Source of the DNA: Verrucomicrobiota bacterium
GTDB taxonomy: Bacteria; Verrucomicrobiota; Lentisphaeria; Lentisphaerales; Lentisphaeraceae
Length of the DNA: 64,000 nt
Assembly: GCA_039798785.1 (NCBI GenBank)
Contig: JBDKFG010000014.1
Span: 4,207 to 68,206, forward strand
Direction of reading: 5' to 3'
Shown here piece after piece: positions 18,785 through 30,293 of the stretch (position 1 is its first letter; the number at the start of each line of letters is the position of its first letter). The notes under the pieces were generated by a model. The model was not told the DNA's origin. It ran no database searches and was given only the letters and a program-made list of their open reading frames with translations. Made by a program: the position numbers and the translations under genes.

Positions 18785-20191
18785 ATGAGCCAGCGCGCCC
18801 ACACCGTCGAGAAGATCGGCGGCACCTCGATGTCCCAGTTCGACAAGCTTCTCGAGACCATCCTCATCGGCAAGCGCACTGGCGACGAGCTCTTCAACCG
18901 CATCTTCGTCGTCTCCGCCTACGCCGGCATCACCGACATGCTGCTCGAGCACAAGAAGTCGGGCCTGCCCGGCGTCTACAGCCGCTTCGCCAATCCCGAT
19001 GAAGAATGGGAAGCCGATCTCGACAAGGTCCTCGCCCGCATGTGCGAGATCAACGCCGGTTTCGCCTCGCTCGGTCTCGACGTCGTCGCCGCCAACACCA
19101 TCGCCACCGAACGCATCCAGGGCATCCGAGCCTGCTTGAAGGACCTCGACAACGTCTGCACTTACGGCCACTTCCAGATCAGCGACTTCCTCCCCGCCAT
19201 CCGCGAAATGCTCGCCTCCCTCGGTGAATTCCACTCGGCCTGGAACTCAGTCGAAATCCTCAAGGCCAAAGGCATCAATGCCACCCTCGCCGATCTCACC
19301 GGCTGGAAAGACAAACAGGACCTGCCCTTCGCCGACAAGATCCGAGCCTCCTTCGCCGGCATCGACTTCGACAAGACCGTGGTCATCGCCACCGGCTACA
19401 CCAAGTGCTCGGAAGGCCTGATGACCACTTTCGACCGTGGCTACTCCGAAATCACCTTCTCCAAGATCGCCTGTGTCACCGGCGCCCGGGAAGGCGTCAT
19501 CCACAAGGAATTCCACCTCAGCTCCGGCGACCCCAAGCTGGTCGGAATCGACAAGGTCAAGATCATCGGCCGCACCAATTTCGACGTCGCCGACCAGCTC
19601 GCCGACATGGGCATGGAAGCCATCCACCCCCGCGCCTCGAAGGAGATGGAGCAGCTCGACATCCCCATCCGCGTCGCCAACGCCTTTGAACCCGAACACC
19701 CCGGCACCCTGATCTCGAAGGATTTCAAATCGCCCAGCCCCCGCGTCGAAATGGTCACCGGCCGCAAGGACCTCGTTGCCATCGAAGTGCACGATCCCGA
19801 CATGGTCGGCGTCCCGGGCTACGACGCCCGCATCACCAGCCTCCTGGCCAAGCACAAGATCAGCTACATCGCCAAGAACACCAACGCCAACACCATCACC
19901 CACTACCTGCCGAAGAAGTCGAAGAGCCTTCAGCTCTTCATGACTGAGCTGCGCGCCGAATTCCCCGGCGCCAACATCCGCTCGGAAGACACCGCCATCG
20001 TCTCCGCCATCGGCTCCAACATCAACCACCCCGGCTTCCTCGCTCGCGCCGCCCAGGCCCTCGCCGACGCCAAGGTCAACATCCTCGGCATGAACCAGGA
20101 CATGCGCCAGGTCAACATGCAGTTCATCGTCGACCTGCATGACTTCGACAAGGCGATCAAGGCCATGCACGTCGGTCTGGTCGAGAACTGA
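18785..20191 (+). CDS. lysC: aspartate kinase (monofunctional, C-terminal ACT domains)
   Basis: VEKIGGTSM near the N-terminus, VVSAYAGITD, amino-acid kinase core, C-terminal ACT-like segment (IVSAIGSNI..PGFLARAAQALADAKVNILGM). AAAGGAA RBS. Confidence 0.88.
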   Translation: MSQRAHTVEKIGGTSMSQFDKLLETILIGKRTGDELFNRIFVVSAYAGITDMLLEHKKSGLPGVYSRFANPDEEWEADLDKVLARMCEINAGFASLGLDVVAANTIATERIQGIRACLKDLDNVCTYGHFQISDFLPAIREMLASLGEFHSAWNSVEILKAKGINATLADLTGWKDKQDLPFADKIRASFAGIDFDKTVVIATGYTKCSEGLMTTFDRGYSEITFSKIACVTGAREGVIHKEFHLSSGDPKLVGIDKVKIIGRTNFDVADQLADMGMEAIHPRASKEMEQLDIPIRVANAFEPEHPGTLISKDFKSPSPRVEMVTGRKDLVAIEVHDPDMVGVPGYDARITSLLAKHKISYIAKNTNANTITHYLPKKSKSLQLFMTELRAEFPGANIRSEDTAIVSAIGSNINHPGFLARAAQALADAKVNILGMNQDMRQVNMQFIVDLHDFDKAIKAMHVGLVEN

Positions 20192-20217
20192 GCCGAGTGG
20201 CGGCTTGAATGAATGAA

Positions 20218-20256
20218 CGAAGGGAGGCAGCGAGCGGCCTCCCTTCGTCTTCTTTG
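20218..20256 (+). terminator. Rho-independent terminator after aspartate kinase
   Basis: CGAAGGGAGGC-8 nt loop-GCCTCCCTTCG followed by TCTTCTTTG. Confidence 0.75.
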
Positions 20257-20384
20257 CACCCCTGGGAGTGCGCCACCCCTAGCGCCCTGGCTTTCGCCTC
20301 CGGCGAAATCTGCTGTTCTGAAGGGGCGCCAAACAAATCAGCGGCAGAGGATTGCCACGCTCCCATGGGACTTGCTAGCCGACT

Positions 20385-20412
20385 AAAAAACCCCCCGCGT
20401 TTCGGCGGAGGG
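20385..20412 (-). terminator. Rho-independent terminator after the 97-aa gene
   Basis: Minus strand: CCCTCCGC-CGAAAC-GCGGGGGG followed by TTTTTT. Confidence 0.7.
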
Positions 20413-20435
20413 CTCTTGCAGCAACAGCATCCGGC

Positions 20436-20729
20436 TTATTGGGCGAGGATGTTGTTAAGCTGGGCGACGATACGCTCATCGGCCTTGAGGCTGAGCAGCT
20501 CGTTGCCCGCGTAGTGGAAGTTCTTGCGGTAGAGAGTGCGCTGGTAGTTCTTGCGGTCGCTCTGCAGGATGATGGTCCAGACGGTGCGGTTGTCGACTTC
20601 GCCAGCGTTGCGAAGCTTCTTGTTGGTGCGGCGGTTGCGCAGGTTGAGAAGCAGGATGTGCTGGCCGTCGGCTTGGACGAGTTCTTGCACTTTGCTCCAG
20701 GTCAGTCCCGCAGGGATAGTGTTGCCCAT
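20436..20729 (-). CDS. small basic hypothetical protein (97 aa)
   Basis: GGAGAG RBS before ATG 20729 (MGNTIPAGLTWSK..) and its own terminator. No family recognised. Confidence 0.55.
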   Translation of the reverse strand: MGNTIPAGLTWSKVQELVQADGQHILLLNLRNRRTNKKLRNAGEVDNRTVWTIILQSDRKNYQRTLYRKNFHYAGNELLSLKADERIVAQLNNILAQ

Positions 20730-20902
20730 GGCGTTCTCTCCGATTTCTGGTTGTTTGGTTGTTGTCTCGAGGGGCCGCAAGTTTAACCCCGCCTCAGCTG
20801 CAGTCAAGCCCTGCAAGCAAAAAAATAGCCCGGGCGCCGATCTCGCCATTCATCAATTGCCGGACTAATGTGGGGCCGTTTCACCCGCCACAAGGAGCCC
20901 GC

Positions 20903-21784
20903 ATGCGCCTGTTCATCCTCCTGCTCTCCTGCCTGCTCTCTCTCGATCTCGCCGCCCAGGTGCAGCTTGGCGTCACCACCGAGCGAGACAACTACCTGCG
21001 TTACGAACCGGTCACCGGCAAGATCACCATTGTCAACAACAGCGGCGTCCAGCTCCGCTTCGACAAGAACAACCCCGGCGCAAGACTCCGACTCGTCCTG
21101 ATCAACGAGCAGCAGCAGCTCATCGAACCCTTCAAGGACGACTTCAATCCCATCGCCGGACTCGTCCTCGCTGCCGGTGAAACCCGCAGCCTCGAGCTCA
21201 ACATCAACGAACACTACCCGATGTCCGCCACCGGCAAATACTCCCTCACCGCCGAACTCGCCCACCCGGCCTTCGCCCTGAAATTCGCCTCCGACAAGTG
21301 CCCGCTGGAGATCAGCCCCGGGATCTCGATCGCGAAACGCCCCTTCGGCATGACCGACCCCCTCGACACCCGCAAGGTGGTGCAGCGCTACTACGAGCTC
21401 CTCGTCTTCAAACCCGCCGCAGGCGGCGCCGACATTCTCTGCCTGAAAATCGCCGACGACAAGTTCGTCTACGGCCTGCACCGCCTCGGCCCCCACGTCA
21501 ATGGCGTAAACATCGGCCATGACGTCGACGGATTCTCCTCGATCCACACCTTGATCCAGGTCAAGGCATCGCTTTTCGTCCACTCCGTCTTCTCACCTTC
21601 CGGAGAGATGAAGCAGATCGTCGCCTACAGCGCCTCCTTCCAGGACTTCCCGGCCCTTCGCCGCGATCCCTCGCTCGGCAAGATCTCGGTCGAGGGGGGC
21701 GTCAAGTTGACCGAAGGGGTCGACTATCGCCGCGATGGCAACATGATCACCCTGACTCCCCGTGCCGACGCCGCCGCTCCTTGA
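20903..21784 (+). CDS. secreted hypothetical protein
   Basis: AAGGAG RBS. Signal peptide MRLFILLLSCLLSLDLAAQ. Coding bias good. Confidence 0.6.
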   Translation: MRLFILLLSCLLSLDLAAQVQLGVTTERDNYLRYEPVTGKITIVNNSGVQLRFDKNNPGARLRLVLINEQQQLIEPFKDDFNPIAGLVLAAGETRSLELNINEHYPMSATGKYSLTAELAHPAFALKFASDKCPLEISPGISIAKRPFGMTDPLDTRKVVQRYYELLVFKPAAGGADILCLKIADDKFVYGLHRLGPHVNGVNIGHDVDGFSSIHTLIQVKASLFVHSVFSPSGEMKQIVAYSASFQDFPALRRDPSLGKISVEGGVKLTEGVDYRRDGNMITLTPRADAAAP

Positions 21785-21788
21785 TCCG

Positions 21789-22406
21789 ATGACTGAAGCC
21801 GAAGCCGAGGCCGCCGCCTGGCGCGGCGACGTCTGGGATCCAGAAACGCCCCTCACCGCCGCCTCCGCCCTGCCGGATGCGGCTTTTTGGCGCGACTGGC
21901 TGCTTTCCCGCAGCCTGCCGGCCTCAGAACGCTTCCGCTGGCAGCAGGCCCTCGCCGCGAACCGCCGTCCTCTGATCGAGCCGGAGGAATTCCATTCCGG
22001 ACGCCTGCCGCCGCCGCCGGGCCGGGAAGCCGGCGAACTCGCCGCATGGAAAGCCCTCGCCCTCGCCCGCTTCCTGCATCACCAGAACCATGACGCCGGC
22101 CCCGCCACCGCTGCACTCCGCTGCGTCTGGCTCGGCCGCCTCCTCGACTTCTCCTGGCGCTCGCCCCGGCGAGCCCTCTTCTTCGACTTCTCCGATCATA
22201 CCCTTATGGAATTCTGCGCCGCCCAGGTGGCCTCGCCGCCGCCGAGCGCCGCCGAACGCCACCGCGTCCTGCAGGCCCTCGACGCCGCCGGAGCCGCCAT
22301 CGGCTTCTTCGCCGCGCAAGGCCAGATCCGGCCCGAACACGCCGAAATCTGGCTGCGGATCACCGGACACCTCAGCTCTCAAGTCCAGCAATGGAAGACC
22401 GGATGA
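21789..22406 (+). CDS. hypothetical protein (helical, Trp/Arg-rich)
   Basis: ATG 5 nt after the upstream stop. Its 3' end overlaps the helicase start. No family recognised. Confidence 0.5.
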   Translation: MTEAEAEAAAWRGDVWDPETPLTAASALPDAAFWRDWLLSRSLPASERFRWQQALAANRRPLIEPEEFHSGRLPPPPGREAGELAAWKALALARFLHHQNHDAGPATAALRCVWLGRLLDFSWRSPRRALFFDFSDHTLMEFCAAQVASPPPSAAERHRVLQALDAAGAAIGFFAAQGQIRPEHAEIWLRITGHLSSQVQQWKTG

Positions 22407-24091
22407 TGCAGCTGCGCCCCGATCTCCTCGGCCTGATCAGCGCCCTCAGCGGCTACCAGCGCCGCGAAGAGCGCAGCAGCCGCGCCACCGCGACCGAACG
22501 CCGCCGAGCCACCCCCGAGGAACTCGCCCAGGATGGCGAGGTGATAGCCTCCGCCCGCCTCGAAAGCGGCGGGCGCCAGGCCGTCTACCGCTGGGATAAC
22601 GGGGAACCCAAGCTGCGCCGCAGCCAGATCCTGGAAATCCTCGACCGCACCGCCCCGGAACGGCCGCCGCGCCGCGCCGCCGTCCTCGCCTTCGACCCCC
22701 TGCAGCGCCGCCTCGAACTCGACGTCGCCGCCGAAGGCCTGCCGCCCCTCGCCACCCTGATGCCGGCGCCGTCCCATGTCGCCGATGCCGTCGACGAAGC
22801 CCTGCAATCCTTCTGCCGCCAGCCGACAGCCTGGCCCGCCGCCCTCGCCCTGCTCAATCGCAGCGAAGCGCCGCCCGACCCGGGCGGCCCGCCGCCACGA
22901 CTCTCCGAAGGCGACGCCCGCTGCGACAGCATCGTCCGGCGAGCCCTCGCCCTCGACGGAGCCTGCCTCGCCGTCCAAGGTCCTCCAGGAACAGGCAAGA
23001 CCCACGTCGGCGTCCGCATCGCCCTCGAAGCCATCCTCGGCAAACGCCGCGTCGGCCTTCTCGCTCCTTCGCACAAGGCGATCGCCAACTTCTGCGCCGC
23101 CCTCGCCAGGTTGGCCGAAAGCCGCCGAGTCCGCAACCTGTCGCTGGTCCGCTCGCGCGACCGCGAGGGCCTTGATCAGATTTCAGGCGTCGACATGGTC
23201 GACTCGCTCAGCCGCGACTTCAAGCGGCATCACCTTCTCGCCGGCACGATCTACCAGCTGTGCCGACTCCCCCCCGGCGCCCTCGACCTGCTGATCATCG
23301 ACGAGGCCGGCCAGATCCCCCTGGCCTGGGCCGCCGCAGCCGGACGCCTCGCCAAAAACATCGTCATCCTCGGCGACCAACGCCAGCTTCCCCAGGTGTC
23401 GATGGCGCAACATCCTGGCGGCGGACTCAGTTGCCTTGAACATTTCGCCGCGGGCGAGGCGGTGATTGATCCCCGGCGCGGTGAATTCCTCGACCTCACC
23501 TGGCGGATGAACCCGGAGATCACCCGCTTCCTCAGCCGCAGCGTCTACGCCGGCCGTCTCAAGTCCCACCCTTCCACCGCCCTGCATGTGCTGACTCAGC
23601 ACGAGCCCCGTGATCCCGCCCTCGGCCCGGAGGCCCTGGTCTGGCTCAACCTCTCCCACCGCGGCCGCTCGCAGTCCTGCCCCGAAGAAGCCTCGGAGGT
23701 CGAACGCCTCTGCCGCCTCCTGCTTGAGCGCGGCCTCGCCCCGGAACAGATGATGATCGTCGTCCCCTTCCGCGCCCAGGAGGCCCTGCTCCGCGCCCGC
23801 CTCCCCGCCAGCCTCGGCAACCAGATCGGCACCGTCGACCGCTTCCAGGGACGCGAAGCCGATGTCGTCCTCTTCTCGATGACCTGCAGTGATGCCGAGT
23901 CGATGCCCCGCGACAGCGAATTCCTCTTCTCTCTCGAACGCCTCAACGTCGCACTCTCCCGAGCTCGCTGCAAGGCCATCCTCCTCTGCGGTGACAAGCT
24001 CCTCTCCAGCCCCGCCCGCCAACTCGAACAGCTGCGCCTGATGGAAAACTTCTGCCGCCTCAAACAATGCTGCCTGCAAGTCCAAGTTTGA
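22391..24091 (+). CDS. superfamily-1 helicase, DNA2/Upf1-like (AAA_11/AAA_12 type)
   Basis: Walker A GPPGTGKT, motif II LIIDEAGQ, ILGDQRQLPQV, VDRFQGREADVVLFS, NVALSRAR. ~190-aa unassigned N-terminal region. Start could be 22391 or 22403-22406. Confidence 0.85.
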   Translation: MEDRMMQLRPDLLGLISALSGYQRREERSSRATATERRRATPEELAQDGEVIASARLESGGRQAVYRWDNGEPKLRRSQILEILDRTAPERPPRRAAVLAFDPLQRRLELDVAAEGLPPLATLMPAPSHVADAVDEALQSFCRQPTAWPAALALLNRSEAPPDPGGPPPRLSEGDARCDSIVRRALALDGACLAVQGPPGTGKTHVGVRIALEAILGKRRVGLLAPSHKAIANFCAALARLAESRRVRNLSLVRSRDREGLDQISGVDMVDSLSRDFKRHHLLAGTIYQLCRLPPGALDLLIIDEAGQIPLAWAAAAGRLAKNIVILGDQRQLPQVSMAQHPGGGLSCLEHFAAGEAVIDPRRGEFLDLTWRMNPEITRFLSRSVYAGRLKSHPSTALHVLTQHEPRDPALGPEALVWLNLSHRGRSQSCPEEASEVERLCRLLLERGLAPEQMMIVVPFRAQEALLRARLPASLGNQIGTVDRFQGREADVVLFSMTCSDAESMPRDSEFLFSLERLNVALSRARCKAILLCGDKLLSSPARQLEQLRLMENFCRLKQCCLQVQV

Positions 24092-24102
24092 AATCCGGCC
24101 AA

Positions 24103-24138
24103 GGAAAAACCCCGGGACGATCGTCCCGGGGTTTTTCC
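24103..24138. terminator. bidirectional intrinsic terminator between convergent genes
   Basis: GGAAAAACCCCGGGACG-AT-CGTCCCGGGGTTTTTCC: a perfect palindrome with an A-tract and a T-tract on either side. Confidence 0.8.
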
Positions 24139-24153
24139 GGTGAAGAGGAAGAT

Positions 24154-25317
24154 TTAAGCCGCGGCCGGTGCCGCCACCCCAGGCTTACGCATCTTCATCC
24201 AGACCCCGACGCCGATCGCCGCAGCCACCAGGAGCAAGCTGAGCGACACCAGGGGGCGGTAGAAGAACCAAGCGACCGCCATGGTCAGTAGAGACAGCGG
24301 CGCCGCCACCAGGAAGGCGATCAGACCCGTTCCGAATTCCGCAACGGCACCAAAGACCGGGACGACATCGGCAAGGACCACCAGGGGGCGCAGAACTGTC
24401 ATCACGCCGAAGAACATCACTGCCGCCCCGACCAGACGCAGGATCCAGGTCAGCTTGCTGTTGCTGCTCTCCGCCTGCTTGAACATCTCCTTGGCAGGCA
24501 CCAAGCCATTCTGGACCATGAGAATCTGCCCCTGCTCCGAGTTCCAGGCAGCGAGACGATCACCGGCCTGACGCGCGACAATGCTGGCTTCCCCCGGACG
24601 ACGCACCTGGAAGCTGATCCGAACATCGCCGACCTGGGCTTCATCGCCATTGATCGAAGTGGTCAGACGCCCCTCATGAAGACGCAGCTGGTTCGCCAGC
24701 TTGGCTGGCACCGCTTCGACCGGCAGAGCCTGGCTGCTGCCCAGGGACGCCGCCTGCGCAGTGACATCGAAGGCGCCAAGACGGGCCTCGCCACACTTCT
24801 GCGCAGAACTCCTCCACAACCAGGCGGAAGCCGGGGGGTTGACATGCTCGGCACTCTGCTTGAATTCGACCGAGGAGATCGGCGTCTCCGCCCATTCCTT
24901 GGTGTAACTGTAGGTGGTCACGGTTTCCGTGCCGCCCCCCATCTTCTTATCGGTCTTACTGCTGCTGCTCTGCTTCCACTGCAGCATCTCGACACGACGC
25001 TCCAATCCCAGAGCTCCAGCCGCCTTGACGCCGAAGACCTCGTCCTCCAATGCGCCGCCGACAACGACCTTGCCGCTGACATGGACCAGCTTTTCATTGT
25101 TGGCCGGATCAATCTTCTCCGGCGTCACTGCGATGACGCTGCTGGCGCCGCTCGCCAAGTTCTTGGCCTGCTGCACCGCGCGACCTTCGTTCCAAAACAG
25201 CAATGGGAAAGCTGCTATGAACAAAGCCACACCAAAAAGAGATCCCTTCAGGGACTCTATGATTCGGGCTCCCCAGGATTGACTGGAATGTTCTTGAGTC
25301 TCGTCAGACATCGTCAT
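24154..25317 (-). CDS. TMEM43/DUF1625-family membrane protein
   Basis: N-terminal LFGVALFIAAFPLLFWNEGRAV motif, a long extramembrane segment, then C-terminal clustered TM helices. Confidence 0.7.
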   Translation of the reverse strand: MTMSDETQEHSSQSWGARIIESLKGSLFGVALFIAAFPLLFWNEGRAVQQAKNLASGASSVIAVTPEKIDPANNEKLVHVSGKVVVGGALEDEVFGVKAAGALGLERRVEMLQWKQSSSSKTDKKMGGGTETVTTYSYTKEWAETPISSVEFKQSAEHVNPPASAWLWRSSAQKCGEARLGAFDVTAQAASLGSSQALPVEAVPAKLANQLRLHEGRLTTSINGDEAQVGDVRISFQVRRPGEASIVARQAGDRLAAWNSEQGQILMVQNGLVPAKEMFKQAESSNSKLTWILRLVGAAVMFFGVMTVLRPLVVLADVVPVFGAVAEFGTGLIAFLVAAPLSLLTMAVAWFFYRPLVSLSLLLVAAAIGVGVWMKMRKPGVAAPAAA

Positions 25318-25489
25318 CGCCTCATGTTGTTGTTTTGCTCATCCGTACACGTCATCGTGCGTTCATGACAATTCTGCCCCCACCCACGATTACAATTCCC
25401 GTAAGACTTCTTAATCAAAGGGAATTTTAGAATCACACCCCTCCAGCACCACCACAACTGCGACACTCTTCCTATGGTTTTTTACCTTC

Positions 25490-25515
25490 GCCGCACTACT
25501 TTGTGCGGCTTTTTT
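25490..25515 (+). promoter_or_regulatory. terminator-like hairpin + T6 in the leuS 5' leader (possible attenuator or end of a small RNA)
   Basis: GCCGCAC-TACTTT-GTGCGGC followed by TTTTTT, ending 20 nt before the leuS ATG. There is no upstream plus-strand gene for it to terminate. Confidence 0.45.
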
Positions 25516-25535
25516 CAACCCACCAGGAATCCCCC

Positions 25536-28241
<2,706 letters not shown>

Positions 28242-28258
28242 GCGCAGCGGAGTCAGCC
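28242..28258 (+). repeat. copy 1 of the 17-nt motif GCGCAGCGGAGTCAGCC
   Basis: Fills the gap between the leuS stop (28239-28241) and ATG 28259. Its GGAG acts as the SD of the next gene. With the preceding GGCTGA it forms GGCTGA-N11-TCAGCC. Confidence 0.9.
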
Positions 28259-29146
28259 ATGCACCGCGATTTGGAGAAGAAGCTTTCCGCCCGAGCCCTT
28301 GAGCTCGGCAACTCGGGAGAGGGCGCCGCCCTCTCCGAGCTGACTCAGCTTCTGCGCTCCGAATCCGCCGAAGTCCGCCGCATCGCCATATCCGCCATCA
28401 GCAAACTCTCAGGCGTCGCGGATCCCGCAAAAGCGGTGTCCGCGGCGCTGCCTCTTTTGCGTGATCCGCACCCTCAGGTCCGCCAGTACGCCATCAAGGC
28501 TCTATCGGCTTATGGAACCGCCGCGGAAGCTGCCCGCCACGATCTCGAGGATATCGCCGCCAATCCCACCGAAAAGGACTACAACCGGCGCGATGCCACC
28601 AAGGCTCTGACCACCCTCAAAGAAGCGCTGCGCATCGCCGAGGAGCAAGCAGTCCATTGCTGCCAACGCTGCCAAGTGCGGATCAATGCCGACGAATATG
28701 CCCGCTCCCGCCGCGCCTTCGACCGCCCCTACTGCGACCGCTGCTTCGACGAGGTCTACCTGCGCCGCCGCAACGAAGACACCCGCATCGAGCTGCACAA
28801 GACCATCCAAGCCCGCGATGGCACCTTGGTCCAAAGCCACGGCGAACGCCTGATCGCCGAGTGGCTCAGCCAAAACAGCATCGACTATCGCTACGACGAA
28901 CGCATCCGCATCCTCCAAGGCTACGCCATCCGCCCCGACTTCTATCTGCCCGAATTTGATCTCTACATCGAGTACTGGGGCATGAACACCGCCGACTACA
29001 AGATCGGCATGCTGATGAAGCAAAAACTCTACCAGCAACAAGGCAAGGCCCTGATCTCGCTCTACCCCGAAGATAAAGAACACATCGGCGCCATTCTCAG
29101 CGCCAAACTGTTCCGGCGTCACGGAGCGCAGCGGAGTCAGCCCTGA
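28259..29146 (+). CDS. HEAT-repeat / zinc-ribbon / PD-(D/E)xK-like nuclease-domain protein
   Basis: HEAT/PBS-lyase-like repeats (AEVRRIAISAISKL...LPLLRDPHPQVRQYAIKALSAYG). Cys clusters CCQRC...YCDRC. C-terminal GERLIAEWLSQNSIDYRYDE...IRPDFYLPEFDLYIEYWG resembles the nuclease-like module I recall at the N-termini of helicase IV/UvrD-like proteins. Confidence 0.7.
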   Translation: MHRDLEKKLSARALELGNSGEGAALSELTQLLRSESAEVRRIAISAISKLSGVADPAKAVSAALPLLRDPHPQVRQYAIKALSAYGTAAEAARHDLEDIAANPTEKDYNRRDATKALTTLKEALRIAEEQAVHCCQRCQVRINADEYARSRRAFDRPYCDRCFDEVYLRRRNEDTRIELHKTIQARDGTLVQSHGERLIAEWLSQNSIDYRYDERIRILQGYAIRPDFYLPEFDLYIEYWGMNTADYKIGMLMKQKLYQQQGKALISLYPEDKEHIGAILSAKLFRRHGAQRSQP

Positions 29147-29218
29147 GCTCCCCTCCGGCGCCACGGCGCAGCGGAGTCAGCATCGGCCCCAGCGCCACGC
29201 AGCGCAGCGGAGTCAGCC
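29127..29218 (+). repeat. three further copies of GCGCAGCGGAGTCAGCC in ~36-39-bp tandem units
   Basis: Copies at 29127-29143 (17/17, last codons of the CDS), 29166-29181 (16/17) and 29202-29218 (17/17). Each is preceded by CG(C/T)CACG. Copies 2 and 4 are both followed by CTGA. Confidence 0.9.
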
Positions 29219-29225
29219 CTGATCC

Positions 29226-30293
29226 TCAGAAATCATAGACATGCTCGAGCTTGACCTCGGGCCGCTGCAAGCTCAGCAAGACTTCGCTCAGCCGGGCCAC
29301 CGGGACTTCAAGCACCAGCCTGCGGCTGCCGGGGTGGGTGAGCTGCTCCTGGCTGAGCAGAATGGGCTGCTTTGGCACAAAGCTGTCCGGCGCCAAGATG
29401 CTGACCAGGATGACCCCGTGATTACCGGCGATGTCGCGGAAAACCACCCCGTGCCGAGCCAGTCCCAAGGCATGATCGGTAAAGGCCTGGTAGCGCGGCA
29501 CCGTGCACAGCAGCGAGCCGTCGGCAAAACGCTTCAATTCCTTGATCTCCGGAAACTCCCGGCGAGCCGCTTCCGGCAAGTGATCCAGCACCACCGGCGT
29601 GGTCATCTCCTCCACCTCGAAGGCGCTCTCCGAACCCTTCTTGATCAACCAGGCATAGGCCACCTTGATCGCGTATTCGCTGGTCAGGAAATACTTGCGT
29701 TCCCACTTGCGGATCTGATTGTCGCCCCGGAAGCCGGTGCCAGTCCAGACCTGCTTCAGGGGCGTCGCGAAATCGAACTTGTACCAGGGATAGATCTTGA
29801 CGAATTCGACGTAGTCCCGCGCCACCTTCGCCGCCAGCTCGTCCTCCGCCGTCTTGCCGCTGCGGGTGAGTTCGGACAAGCGCCCGACCGTCCGTTCATA
29901 GCCGCACATCAGGGTGTATTCGCCGGTGGCGCTGACCCCGATGACGGTGTCCATCAGGTGGTACTCGCCGTTGTAGGGATAGTCCGGTTCGACCCGGGCA
30001 TAGATCGCGTTGTAGCAGTCCCAGTACTGGCGCAGCTGGCCGAAGAAGGGAAACTGGCTGGGCTGGCGGTCCTTCATGAAGTCGGCGTATTCCTCCGGAC
30101 CGAAAACCAGGTTCCATTCGGGAATGGTGAGGAAGGTGTTGTCGCCGCGGCGACGCATCTCCACCGGCACGGCACTGGCCTGATCCAGACGGGCGCTTTT
30201 CTCCTCGTCGGCAAGGCGCTTCTTCTCGCCGTGGAAATGCAGCGCGAAAAGGGCGCAGACGGCGGCGACGAGGGCTAGGGGGCGGTGGCTCAT
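29226..30293 (-). CDS. hypothetical membrane-anchored protein (N-terminal TM helix)
   Basis: ATG 30293 overlaps the upstream stop (ATGA). MSHRPLALVAAVCALFALHF anchor. No family recognised. Confidence 0.6.
   Translation of the reverse strand: MSHRPLALVAAVCALFALHFHGEKKRLADEEKSARLDQASAVPVEMRRRGDNTFLTIPEWNLVFGPEEYADFMKDRQPSQFPFFGQLRQYWDCYNAIYARVEPDYPYNGEYHLMDTVIGVSATGEYTLMCGYERTVGRLSELTRSGKTAEDELAAKVARDYVEFVKIYPWYKFDFATPLKQVWTGTGFRGDNQIRKWERKYFLTSEYAIKVAYAWLIKKGSESAFEVEEMTTPVVLDHLPEAARREFPEIKELKRFADGSLLCTVPRYQAFTDHALGLARHGVVFRDIAGNHGVILVSILAPDSFVPKQPILLSQEQLTHPGSRRLVLEVPVARLSEVLLSLQRPEVKLEHVYDF

Noticed and set aside
25324-25368. Mini-ORF MLLFCSSVHVIVRS as a possible Leu-rich leader peptide for leuS
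   Set aside because: It starts 7 nt from the divergent TMEM43-like start codon, so a promoter would have to sit inside that gene. It has only two Leu codons. It is more than 120 nt from the hairpin, with no obvious coupling.
29113-29222. Possible CRISPR array (regular ~36-39-bp spacing of a repeat)
   Set aside because: There are only three tandem units. The repeat is 17 nt with ~20-nt partly similar spacers (each containing CGCCACG), and it overlaps a CDS 3' end. No cas genes. It looks like a tandem duplication or att-like site, not CRISPR.
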